A DNA stretch of 64,000 nucleotides from Octopus sinensis (lineage: Eukaryota), in assembly GCF_006345805.1 (NCBI RefSeq), contig NC_042998.1, positions 191,146,001 to 191,210,000 of the forward strand. The letters are read 5' to 3'. Below, in pieces: positions 27,363-40,340 of this stretch. Every line of letters starts with the position of its first letter. Within the stretch, counting starts at the first letter, position 1. The position numbers and the translations under genes were made by a program. The notes under the pieces are model-generated. The model did not search any database, had not been told where the DNA came from, and saw nothing but the letters and a program-made list of their open reading frames with translations.

Positions 27363-27914
27363 CATACATACATATATATATGTGTGTGTATTACACACAC
27401 ACACACACACATCAGAATTATTTACAATATAAACAAATGGAATCGTAAACATATTAATATAAATTTTTATGGAAGTGAATAAATTCTGAAGAATCCGCGA
27501 AAACAAAAGATAATATGCATCGCAGACATCTTAATGTTAGCACGGCCGCGGATCTCATCTCCATTTCACTGTGACTCAACTCAACTGCAAACTGTTTTTT
27601 CCTTATGATAAAGAATTGGTATCTTATTTGGATGCACGTTTACATCTAAGTATGGACAATGATATACCTGTACATATAAACGGAACTTGTAGAGACAAAC
27701 AGACAGAAATAGCTATTGCACAAATCTCTCAAGACAATAGAACACAGGCTGCACAATATTCAAACACTGAAACAAAGATATATCTGTACATTGCAAAGTA
27801 AAACATGATATTAATTACGAATCATTACATGACGTGTGATGTTGCTGTGAATCTAGACAAATATTTATCTAGTTCTTGGTGACCGACTCCTGAAATTGAG
27901 CTGAATTGCCGATA

Positions 27915-28040
27915 TACAGTAGTAATCGCTGGCAATATCGCGGTTTACCTATCGTGCACTCAGTACATTGCGGTTCAACTGTCACGCACTTAGCGCATCG
28001 CGGTTCACCTGTCGCGCACTCAGTACAACGCGGATTTTTC
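27915..28040 (+). mobile_element. pogo/Tigger-like terminal fragment with three to four ~30-bp subterminal repeats
   Basis: TA|CAGTAG.. followed by CGCGGTTYACCTRTCGYGCACTCAGTACA-type units from 27939. Confidence 0.45.
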
Positions 28041-28109
28041 TGGTTATTATATATAATTCTATATTGAGGAGTCCTCCTTATATCCGAGCTTCTGCGGCCG
28101 ATAAGTATT

Positions 28110-28850
28110 TATATTTTTTTAGATTTGAATTATTTCTGTGGGAAGTTTTGGAACGTAACACCCGCGATAGTCGAGGGATTACTATGCTCCACAGATGGAT
28201 GCAGAAACAAACGGAAGATAGTAAAGAGGACAATACAAAGACCTTCAAATAATTTAATAATTCAACGGAGAGAGGACCAAAGTCTGCGAGGCAGTTACTC
28301 AATCAGAAATATTGCATATGCAAACCACTTATTTTCTTTCTGGTACATCGGCAACACTAAGTTGGACAGCCACATCTGGACTTTGCAGACCAAATCCACG
28401 CCACATTCAGCCAAGTGGAAAATTGGAGATAGCTCCATACCGAATGTCAATTCATCTAGGAAATGCGATTTATGCCTAGCTGAAAGATCGCATATATTTT
28501 TAGATCTTAGAATTCCACCACACTGCTGATTTCCAGATCTGAAATTTTCAGCAAATGCAAATACACAAACAAATTTCTTTTGGCGAACTCAATCTCCGGA
28601 GTGGATGGCTGTCTCGCAGACTTTGAACTTCTCTCTGTTCTATTATATTTATGTTCAAAATATACATAGCTCCAATTTCTTTCTCTTTTCTTTTAGCGTT
28701 TTTATTCACTCTTTTACTTTTTGTATCTAGCTTCGTCTCGCTTTTCTCGTAGTTTCTCTTGTACCAGCGTCGTTTTTCAAACTGAGTAGACCATGCGATC
28801 AGAGCCTGAGGATCGCTTAGAAACACAAAGTGTATTATAAAACCTGCTTA
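28110..28850 (+). mobile_element. Penelope-like element 3' part: GIY-YIG C-terminus plus pLTR
   Basis: NTKLDSHIWTLQTKSTPHSAKWKIGDSSIPNVNSSRKCDLCLAERSHI, then after a frameshift TLLISRSEIFSKCKYTNKFLLAN. This matches the PLE pattern T.LS.HIW.L..KW.I..C.LCL.EK..I..LLN.R.E..SKC.H.NK. Confidence 0.85.
28773..28842 (+). ncRNA. degenerate hammerhead-like motif in the PLE 3' region
   Basis: CTGAGTAGA, stem GCGATC/GATCGC, GAAA, stem III ACAC-AAA-GTGT, GUA; the core and stem I are distorted. Confidence 0.35.
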
Positions 28851-29032
28851 GACATGCAACTCCAAGCAAGAAGCTATTAGTAGCTCGTATCTTTATATTA
28901 TATACATTAGATGAAATTTTTCTCTCATTGGATGGAATATTCTTTTGTAGATCTCACATTAATTGTACATGAAACTATATATATATATATATATGTTTGT
29001 TAACCTTTTGGGGCTTTTTTGCTTAGTTTCAG

Positions 29033-29142
29033 CTCAGCCCCATGAAACAGACATTCAGACTTATCCAGATTATGACTATCTATTTTTTAAGGGTATCAAG
29101 AACTACGTCATCAAGGGACATTTATTTGGTTTATCCTGTACA
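29033..29142 (+). other. unverified candidate exon
   Basis: Acceptor TTTTTTGCTTAGTTTCAG, open frame (A)QPHETDIQTYPDYDYLFFKGIKNYVIKGHLFGLSCT, donor ACA|GTAAGC. No recognisable homology. Confidence 0.2.
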
Positions 29143-29349
29143 GTAAGCGACAGGAACAGAGATTCCCTCATTCCGGTTTGTTCTGCATTACGGCGTCTAA
29201 TTGGCTCGATTCATAAAGTAAGAAATAAAATGGAAAACAAAAATGCCAGATCACACTACAACTTTCTTTGTTAAGAATCTTCCATAGGTATTATATAAAC
29301 ACACACACACACAAACACCCATTTGCACACACAACCACACGCATACACA

Positions 29350-29560
<211 letters not shown>

Positions 29561-30249
29561 ATCATATATGTTATTAGCTTCTAAGACCTAACTAAGACTT
29601 GCAATCAGTTTCGTTATATATCTAATTAGCCAAACACATACATACTTTCAGCGCATAAACGCACACACACACATACACACACACACACAAACACACATGT
29701 ACACAAATTCTTATGACCACTATGGTTTTTCATTACCACTCTGTTTACCAGTTAATCAATCTAGTTCATAATAGTCACAATGGCCCTTTTATCCAGCCCT
29801 GTTGAATTTATAAATAAGGTTATAAATACTGATTTGATTAGAATACAATACAATATGATGCATTGACTAACATACAAGGAACAAATCCAATATTAATGAT
29901 CAACACTTGGGCAAGTGATACAAACGTAAAATATCTGAGAATCACAATGCAACATACATGTATGTGTGTGAGTAGGGAATAGAGACAGAGCGAGTGAGGG
30001 AGAAAGAGAGAGAAAGAAAGAAAGGGCAAATATTCTATAGGAATTAGTTTTATTTTGAGAATATTCCAGAAATAAAGGGGAAATAATCACCAAACTTATC
30101 GATCAGCAGTTCTTGATTTCAATTCTAGTTCCCTAATTTTTCGTTTCGGATTTCGTAACAGCTATAATTCCACATTTTTCACATTAAGTTTCTAGCATCC
30201 ACCTATCTGCTCTCTCTGTTTCCTTCTCTCTTTTTTGCTGTTTCCATTA

Positions 30250-30286
<37 letters not shown>

Positions 30287-31915
30287 ACTCTAACTTATAA
30301 TATTAGTTTAACCTAGAGGGAGGGATTTAGTATAGATTCTTGTGGAGATTGATATAGTGAAGGTTGTTCTTGAACAACAGCATGATAATCATAGTCAGAA
30401 GTCAGGGGTAATAGAATGAATACTTTCTGGAAGAGAAGGTTGGAGTTAGTGGTTAGGGCGAAGTCTTTGGTGAAGACTTAGTCGCAATAAGTGTCGAAAA
30501 GAAGGAGCGACAGATGAGTGGATTTGGTACGAGACGGGTCAGCTCCAAAGAATACCAGCAAAAACAAAGGCCGAGTAAGGAGAGCAGGTTGGTTTTATTT
30601 TAAAGCTAGAGATCGACATGTGATAGTAATCCGCTCCTTTCTCACTCTCGTCCTATGCTTACGTTTTTTTTCTCTATTGATAGTTATCTATCAATGAATT
30701 AGTACAATGTTTATACAACGAAAACCGAAAAAAGGTAAAGTTGACTTTTAAAAACTGACAGTGCAGCTTCCAATTTTATCTTAAGAAACACTACATTTTA
30801 AGATGCCATTAATCTTCGATGAAAAGAATTGGAAACGTGACGTCATCGATGACGTATGAGCTGTCATGATCAATTATGTTTCTTGATAAAGACCAAGGGG
30901 GCTTAAGTTTGATTCAATGTAATTTCTTCACGTATTAATATAGTGGATACTATGGAAATTACATTTCTATTTAAAAATCAATGAACGCCATGCAGACGTT
31001 TCCCCATTTATTTACATTTGTTTATCAGGTTAACTTTAATGCACAACTGGTTCAAAATGTTACGCATATGGTGATAGTTTTTTTAATGCTTTCTTGAATT
31101 TCCATTAATAGAACGAGTTAAACGGTTGATTAAATTTGTAAATAACTTACGGCATATAAAGAGAACTTTAGAACATTAAATTTAAATTTTGCCGTAAAAA
31201 AAAATTGCTGAGTATTTCAAAAATTAGGAAAATAAATATTACCAAAATTACCAGTTAAGTCGTTCGCTTCGCAAACATCTGAGTCCGGGTTCAATCTCAA
31301 CGTAAAAAAAATTTGGACATGCATTTATTCTCGAGCTGCCTAGTACAGACACTCATACACGTGCGCGCACGCGTGTGTGTTTGTGACTATCGTTCTTGTG
31401 TCAAAAGGCATAACTTATGTTTTCGATAAACAGAATTCGATAAAATAATTAACAGACTGAAATATATACTACGGTAAATATGCTCGACTAAGCCATAGAA
31501 CACAATAAAAACGGTGTTCAAGCAGGATGCCGTCGAATAAACTCATTAATAAAAGAACAAAAGAATGTCAGAATAATTAGAATTTTGAACTAGCATTTTG
31601 GTAATTGAATTCGTAAGTACAGAATAGTAAATGAAAAGATTTCAGTGAATGAAACCTTGGTTTCTATTGCTAATCAGGTTATATAGCAGTCGAATGTCTC
31701 TCAAATCACGCTTTTAGGACAAAAGTACACTGGATACTGTAGTCACCTTGATATACACAATTTCAGTATGTTGGCGGCTAGAATGATTTTGCTTCAGTAG
31801 GTATAGATCTCCTCAAAGAAAGGCACTGAGACTTTTGATTCACGTTTCAGAAAATGGAACATATGCAGTGTAGCAACATAATATTTTAATGCCTTTAAAG
31901 TTACGTATTCCCTCA

Positions 31916-31946
<31 letters not shown>

Positions 31947-31948
31947 AA

Positions 31949-32008
<60 letters not shown>

Positions 32009-32013
<5 letters not shown>

Positions 32014-32490
32014 AATTTTGCGTAGTAAGATAAATAAAACCAAGGCTGTGTAGATATTAGAGCATTTTTAGATAGAAGTCTTACAGCTGTCTCAAGGATA
32101 TTTATTAATTATATCCCTTCATCGGAGACGGTATGAGGGGATGGTTAAGTCATAGTTTAGATGTGATACAAAATGGAGAGTGACACCTTTGGGTTTCAAT
32201 GACCCCATTATCTCTTATAACCTCAACTTCTCGCTATATATATATATTATATATATATATATATATAAGAATTTTGCGTAGTAAGATAAATAAAACCAAG
32301 GCTGTGTAGATATTAGAGCATTTTTAGATAGAAGGTCTTACAGCTGTCTCAAGGATATTTATTAATTATATCCCTTCATCGGAGACGGTATGAGGGGATG
32401 GTTAAGTCATAGTTTAGATGTGATACAAAATGGAGAGTGACACCTTTGGGTTTCAATGACCCCATTATCTCTTATAACCTCAACTTCTCG

Positions 32491-32494
<4 letters not shown>
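32009..32494 (-). mobile_element. tandem direct dimer of family HH-1 (unit about 256 bp)
   Basis: Units about 32009-32236 and 32265-32494 are nearly identical. The minus strand reads EIMGSLKPKGV, then CCGATGA..GAGA-CAGCTG-TA/AGAC. Confidence 0.8.
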
Positions 32495-32558
<64 letters not shown>

Positions 32559-32573
32559 CAAAACAATTTAATT

Positions 32574-32790
32574 TTTTCCCGCGGGTAGAAATATGCACTA
32601 GGATATCGTTTTTTCCCCCGCGGGTAGAAAACTACACTAGGATTCGTTTAGATATTTTATTTAAAAATCTTTAAACACTTAACCGGTTTCACAGATTTCT
32701 CTGTGAACCGTTTGAAAATCAGAGAAATCCGTGAAACGTGTTAAGTCCTTAAAAGTGTTTAAATAGAAATTCTAAACGAACCCTGTGCAT
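32574..32790. mobile_element. palindromic MITE-like element
   Basis: ~65-bp imperfect arms AGGATTCGTTTAGA..TTTCACAGATTTCTCTG / CAGAGAAATCCGTGAAA..TCTAAACGAACCCT around a 16-bp loop; a ~39-bp duplication lies at the left end. Confidence 0.6.
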
Positions 32791-33644
32791 TTTCAATTTC
32801 TTTTTTATGTATGCTCACACACACACACACACACAGAGGCACGCACACAATTATCCACACACACACACACTCGCACACAGCTTTCTTTATCAGCTTTATA
32901 AATCTCAAATAGTTCATGGTAAGTTATATAAACATATTGTTTAATCCTTGTTCAACATTCTGTAAAAGGCAATACAATTTAACTATTCTACGTTTTAAGG
33001 AAAATAACACGCGGATAACTAATGAATACGTAATGAAATATTATGGCGGATATCTTGAATTTTGTGAAATTGTTTAGTTTAAGTCAATTTCTTTTCAAGG
33101 TAAGGATTTCTAAACCATAATTGTTAATCATAAGATAAAATATCTATAGAGGCTGGATTATCAATATCTGCCATAAGAACGGAGTATCTTAAATCTTGGG
33201 AAGATGATCAAAAACAAAAATGAAAGCGTACTGTTGAGCTTATAACTATATCAAGCCTAGTATCCAATCAATGATCAGTACAATATTACGGCACGTACTC
33301 CAAGAGAATGTACATCCGGATGTTTATGATTATTATTGGTATCAGTGTATGTTATACAGAGCGAAGAAAAAATATAGAGCGTAGATTTGTCTTATTGTAA
33401 ATTAATAATTAGAATGTGGGCTATTGTTATAATTAGTGTATTAGCACATTGAAGAGGTCACGTTAGCAGTTACTGGAGACATGTTTTAATTATCTTTCAA
33501 CGATCAGAGAAAATCGATAAGCAATGAGAAATGTTCTTGTGATATAAATACACCGACGACATTATCATTTTATAGCCTCATTTAGTCAAACAATATATAA
33601 CAAAGAACAAAGTAGCTAACTTACACATACATGATACCACATGC

Positions 33645-33697
33645 ACACACACGTACACAAACACACACGTACACAAACACACACGTACACAAACACA
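33645..33697. repeat. 16-bp unit CACACACGTACACAAA x3
   Basis: Direct inspection. Confidence 0.85.
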
Positions 33698-33901
33698 TAC
33701 ATACACACACACGTGAAGACATGCAGGCACATACGTGGGTGTGTTTGTTCCTTCTGTGTATATAGCGCCTGCGTATAGTTGGATATTGAGTTACACAAAC
33801 TCACACATACTCACACACATATATGGATGCGCGTACATATATAAATATATGAATCTCTCTCTCTGTCTGTCTGTCTGTCTCTCTCTCTCTTATATATATT
33901 A

Positions 33902-33946
<45 letters not shown>

Positions 33947-34239
33947 TATATATATATATATATGAATAAATGAAAGAATGGAGTCGAACGAAGATGTTAA
34001 CAAAATTCCTTTACTCTCGACACATGTTTCGATCGAAACCTGGGTAGCAAATTCACGTCAGAAAACACGGTTGAAGCGATCTGTCATGGGTAGAAACTCC
34101 GGGTTCATGTGTAGAAATTTGTGAATTTGGTACCCAGGTTTCGGTTAAACGAATTTTCCATGCTGAAAATAAACATAGGATAATTCATTCATCTACTTAT
34201 ATATATATATAATATATATATATATATGTGTGTGTGTGT

Positions 34240-34288
<49 letters not shown>

Positions 34289-34644
34289 GTGTGTGTGTCT
34301 GTGTGTGTGTCTGTGTATTGTACAAATGGTTTCGTATAGAAGTACTCAATACTTGTATTTGATTCTCACTGTTCGCTTCTCTGAATTTCCATTACTTTGA
34401 ATTCAGTATGTGTGCGCATACACCTACGCATGCGCGAACACATGCATGCATAAATCTATACTTCATAAACACATATTCTTTCTCAGAATACTTAAACATA
34501 GACACACATTCTTCCACAAACTTGGACTCGAGACATGTTAGTTAGCCCAAACTGATACAGTGCTATTGATTCTTGGTTCTAATAAAAGGCTGTGTGCATT
34601 TGTCCGAATGTGTGATACATGGCTGCGTTTGTGTATATATGTTA

Positions 34645-35057
34645 CTCCTTACTCTTTACTCTTTTACTTGTTTCAGTCATTTGACTGCGGCCATGCTGGA
34701 GCACCGCCTTTAGTCGAGCAACTCGACCCCGGGACTTATTCTTTTGTAAGCCCAGTACTTATTCTATCGGTCTCTTTTTGCCGAACCGCTAAGTAACGGG
34801 GACATAAACACACTAGCATCGGTTGTCAAGCAATGCTAGGGGAACAAACACAGACACACAAACACACACATATATATATATACATACATATATACGACGG
34901 GCTTCTTTCAGTTTCCGTCTACCAAATCCACTCACAAGGCTTTGGTCGGCCCGAGGCTATAGTAGAAGACACTTGCCCAAGGTGCCACGCAGTGGGACTG
35001 AACCCGGAACCATGTGGTTGGTAAACAAGCTACTTACCACACAGCCACTCCTGCGCC
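34645..35057 (-). mobile_element. SINE family F, best-preserved copy
   Basis: Head AGGCGCAGGAGTGGCTGTGTGGTAAG..GGGTTCAGTCCC, CORE-like GGCACCTTGGGCAAGTGTCTT, internal microsatellite and (AGTAA)-like terminal repeats. Confidence 0.9.
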
Positions 35058-35361
35058 TGTTGTTGCAATATAACTCACCGATCTTGCTGGAATTTTGAAA
35101 ATAACTTAGGGAATGAAAGAGAAGGAGCTTGAACGTTGAAATAGTTATGGTGAATTTTTGAAAATTCGTAAAGATTGTCAGATGAAAATAATGGAAGAAT
35201 GATATTAATGAAATCATTTTTGGAGAGAAGCGTACGAAAGTGGAATGGCGTTTCAATCATACGATTTAATAACGCCCGTTGATTGTGGCTCTTTCATATT
35301 GTTCCCAGTTATTACCTTGTGGTCAATGAAAACGAGGACATTTTGTCTGTTACAATCCTCA

Positions 35362-35441
<80 letters not shown>

Positions 35442-37005
35442 GATATATATATATATATATATATATACGAAGTAAGTATATATATATGAATATATATATA
35501 CATGTATATATATTACAGTTTACTTCAATATTGCCTCCTGCCAAGAGTTACTTTCTATATAGAGCAAAATAACTTGGCAGACGCAGAGGACCCTATTTAA
35601 AACTCCTTGCTCTTCTTCACACACTATCTGGAATTCGCCCAACTTTATGAATTTTAGAACTATCGTTATTATTAATAATTGTTCTACTATTGTTATTGGC
35701 TCAGTATAACACCAAGTAATACATCTAGAAATAAGTGGATTACTTTCATTAATTACCAAACAACCAAGCAATTTGTTTTCTTTTTGTTATGTAAACACAA
35801 AATGACTTCCAGAACTATCATATTACGAACCTGCGTCGAGCAAAATGCTTTTATTTACCTAGAAACAAAATCAAATATTGTAAACGATATGTGGAAAGTT
35901 ATTCGAGTCTGCTGTGGTTAAAAAATAATTATACTGAATTTTACTCAAATTAATGCCTTCAAAATACTGTTCGTTTTTCTTTCTAATTCTCATAATTGTT
36001 ATTGAAATGATATCCCATTAAAAGAGACTCATTGTTATTTACTCACTCAAATGTTGCAATATAACTTGTGAGAAGGGAAGAGGGTGATATAAAATTTTAT
36101 AAACATTTATTATTTATAATAATAGGCAGTACAAAGGCAGCAGTGATTTGCAGGAAGATTTTTAAAGTACATATTTTGTGTTAAAACGTTGCTAAGTGCT
36201 ATAAACGTTTGCTAGATTTCGAATACATTATCAAAAATCTGAACGAGTCGAATAGAAGATAAAAACGGCATTTTATTCGCCAACTAATAGTTTTATAGGC
36301 ATATTAAACACATGAAAAAATATTTCTATATTCAACCAACCATGAGACTACGTATGAAGTGAATAATATAAGGTCAATATGTTTGTGTGATGTATGTGAG
36401 CGTGGGTTTGTGAGAATATGGTTATGAGACAGCAAGCCCAGTGCGTCGAACATATCTCTGATATTATCTTGTTATCTGGGCCATTCATAGTTTCTTTGAT
36501 CTCTTTTGATTTATGTACCATGAAACATGAAATAACATTTCGTAGATTCTTAGTATATTAACATAACGCTAACCTAAATGTCTAAATGATTTAGCGAGGA
36601 ACTTAAATTATCGAAGTCTTTACTATTCTCATTATAGTTATTGCTACATAAGAGACAAGCGGGAAATTATTAGTGTACGTTAAGTTAAAATTAAAATGAA
36701 CACACACACAAATATATACCTATACATATGTGTGTATGTGTGTGTCTGTATAAACGAAAAATAGGAAACGTATTGATAATACTAAATTTTATATTTATGT
36801 ATATGTATTTCTGTGAATAAAACAAGTTTTATTTTAAACATAGGAGGCAATAATTTTTTTTATTATATATCTATATTTTTCTAAGTGAAAATACAAAAAT
36901 AGGTTTCCACATAACAACTGTTTCAATATAAAAGTTTAACAGTAAAAATATTAGTATTTTCACAAAGTTTGACATGCCTTACCCACAAAGAGAGAGAAAG
37001 AGAGT

Positions 37006-37075
<70 letters not shown>

Positions 37076-37697
37076 GAATTATATATTCACTGAAAATTTT
37101 TCGTATGCAAAAGTTTTTCGCATAAACAACAGAGTTAGTAAATAAATTTTAGTGAATGTTGTAGCCAAAAAAAGGTTTTGCAGTAGTTGTTCAGCTTTAC
37201 AAAATTTAAAGTGTGTTTTTCAATGCATATTTGCGTGCGCGTATGTATGTATGTATGTATGTGTTTTGTGTGTTATATCTGTCAGTTTCAGTGACGAGTA
37301 TTCAGTTGTTCAATCGAATGAAGTACACGCTCATTGAATAATACATGCATGTGACTGATTATTCCATGGACACACGTATCTTAACGAATTTCTCATGCGG
37401 ATCCAAAGTTACGCATCAATGTGGCAAAGCTAGGCCATTTGCTACACAGTTCCGTCTTTTCACTTTCTCTCGCAATGCTTGGGTCAACACGCGATTATGG
37501 AATAATAACAGCAACTTAAAGATTCCACGAAATGCAGTCGAATGTTAGACCCCGTGATTACGAGCACCATTCAGCTGACATACACATACACAGACACATA
37601 CACAAACAAATATTCAAATACACAACGTATTATTCTTGAAAAGCATCCGAGAAAATTACAATAAAAAAGAAAGTAAAGGGATTCTATTAAAAGAATA

Positions 37698-37909
37698 ATG
37701 CAGCACGGAATTTTGTCAGTGAACAGGTCGCGGTCTCAAAGCGACGAAAATATTTTGACAAATTAGATTTAAATGTTGAAGTGAATCTAACGTTTTTTGT
37801 GTGCTTCCTAAATAGCTTATAAACACCTTCCACGCTGTAATTGTTTTGGTTCCAACACACGTTCTCAAACTCGGTCACTTGCTATGCAAGTACATCTCCA
37901 TATTTCTTT
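37698..37909 (+). mobile_element. ~210-bp hammerhead-bearing mini-element (family G), copy 1
   Basis: Homologous to 54580-54784 and 59208-59302; flanked by ATTCTATTAA(AAG/TA)AATA at 37681-37697 and 37910-37925, a probable TSD. Confidence 0.8.
37709..37764 (+). ncRNA. minimal type I hammerhead motif with G3-C8 variant core
   Basis: Stem I TTTGTCA/TGACAAA; core GUGAACA 37719-25; extra G; stem II GTCGC/GCGAC; GAAA 37746-49; palindromic AAATATTT stem III; predicted cleavage after 37755. Confidence 0.6.
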
Positions 37910-37991
37910 ATTCTATTAATAAATATCTTATGATATATGTACAAGCATATATCCGAACATCCCTTCTCACTCGTTCCATCTTTTTCTCCCT

Positions 37992-38051
<60 letters not shown>

Positions 38052-38415
38052 AACACAAAGACATATACATATATATATATATAGCGAAATGACACAGCCG
38101 AAGAGTAAATGTATTGTCCACAGGATGGGCCAATTTGGAGCCAGGTGATACATTGTGTCCCCGAGTAGGGTATTTCATTCTATATTACTCTCGTCCGCCG
38201 AGGTGAAAATGAGTACCAACTGACTACTAGTTTAGTATCATTCTCTTCTTGCTTTTTAGTGACCCGCGACGTCTTAGTCACCCAAAACAAGAAGCGAAAG
38301 AGTGGTCTACAATCGGCTTCATCATTCTCCATTGAGAATGACTCTAAGCTTACACACAGATTCTGTCTCTCTCTCACATACACATACACATATACAGACG
38401 CATAGGCATATATAT

Positions 38416-38470
<55 letters not shown>

Positions 38471-40194
38471 ATGTGTGTGTGTGTGCGTGTGTGTGTGTGT
38501 GTGTGTTTGTATAGATATGTGTATGTGTGTGTAGATATTTTAGTGTTTTCACTGATTGAACTATGAACTTTAGTGGATTTTATCGTTTCCAGTACTTTAC
38601 CTGATGCTATTTTAGAATTGACCATAGAAGACATTGTAGTGAAAGGACGTAACTTCGACAAACAATTCACTATACACCGAGACACTCATATAAATATGTG
38701 CATATTCACATACGCGTCCACATATACAGATATAAAACCCACGCACATATAAACTTATCTGTGTACTCATACGTAGTTTATTTGTAGACACCTATTGTTG
38801 TGTGTTGTCAATGTAACAGTCCCAGGAGAAAAGCAGCATTTAACCTTTATTTTAATTTTTAAATACCTTATTATTTTATTCAATACATGCTATGAATCCT
38901 GTTTTTAAGTATTTATAAATCTTTTTTGTATGGAGTTGGACTTTGTTATTCTGATTTGCATTCGCTGTATACAAGTATACATAATCTGCATACATTATCT
39001 GTAATGCAGAATAATTTGTAAAATGTATACATGCCGTTAATGGATAAGAATTTTATTATCCTCAGTTGAAAAATATCAATTTTGTAGTTAAAAGGCCGTC
39101 TGGTAGAATGGACTCGTTTAGGAATAATAAACCTCATGACGATCGGTAATCACATCGATCAAACCATGTGTTTACGCAAATATTAAATATTTTTCATCTC
39201 TAAATGTGAGCCTGAAAAATTATAATCTTATTAAGCATTTATTACATATAAAATAGATTTTGTGGTTTAGTTCTATGCTATCTCCAGTGCAGATGGTACA
39301 TGTTGAAAAATATTTCTTTTTCTGATAATTAAAGTGTCCAAGATTATATTAAAAAATGTTTTTTATGTGAAAGAATAACCCCAAGGCAATTTCGCTTCTA
39401 TTTCTAAATGGTAAAGCAATTTTGTAGAGGATTTCTCATAAACTAGTGATGTAGTATATGAATTAGGTGTGTGAATTAAACTGTTTCTGTATTGCAAGCT
39501 TAAAATGAATTTTTATTGTAATGACCTGCGAGAATTCGTATAATGTAACCCTCTATATAGTTTAAAGGTCACTGAATATATTTAACTCCATGTGGTATAA
39601 CAATATTACATTCGTAAAGCTTAAAATAACTCTTCAAATTCATAAAAAAATATATAGGTATAAAATAGAAATGAAAATATATTTCCAGAGTAAAAGGGAT
39701 GTAAAATAATTTTGAGACTGGAAACCGTGTTTTTCACCTTGATAGGTAACATTGCACCAAATAAAATAGTCAATCATATAAAATGAATGATATTTTGGAA
39801 GTAGATACTCATCAATATAGAAAAATACATTTTTCTCATCTTCTACTTTAATAGTTTGGCACAAAAAACATAGATTAGGAGATTAACTAAGAAAAGTTAC
39901 TAAAAATATGAAAACGCTCGCACAAATATATTTATTCTGAAAGTGGCTTAATCCGCTTAAAAATTACAGATACCATTCGGTATGTAGATTACATAACCTT
40001 TCACAAAGGAACATTTGGCTTCGTTGTGAAATGTTTCATTTTTTTTTTCGCATTTCTCCCCAGGTTCTTTGCCACAGAGAGGTAGGTCATTTTTATCGTC
40101 TCTTTTATGTTACACATAGCATATAATTAGAAAATGAAACTGTTTAGGTATTTTTCGATCGTTTCCCTTGAAAGTGAAAGTGAAACAGCAAAGT

Positions 40195-40340
40195 ATTAAA
40201 GCATCTGGCAGGATGTATCGCGTAATGTCTTCAGCCTCTCTGTGCTGATTTCAAATCCCTCCGAGACCAGAGTTGCCTTTTATATTTTCGGGTTTTATAA
40301 ATAAAATGCCTGTCATATATTAGTGAAATTCATGTCTCTA
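40195..40340 (+). mobile_element. highly diverged family A-like SINE
   Basis: CTGGCAG..GATTTCAAATCCCTCCGAG..GTTGCCTTTTAT..TTCGGG..ATAAATAAAATGCC. Confidence 0.5.

Noticed and set aside
30330-30600. APE-like D*VFTK..TSD..HAVV on minus
   Set aside because: Too degenerate to call.
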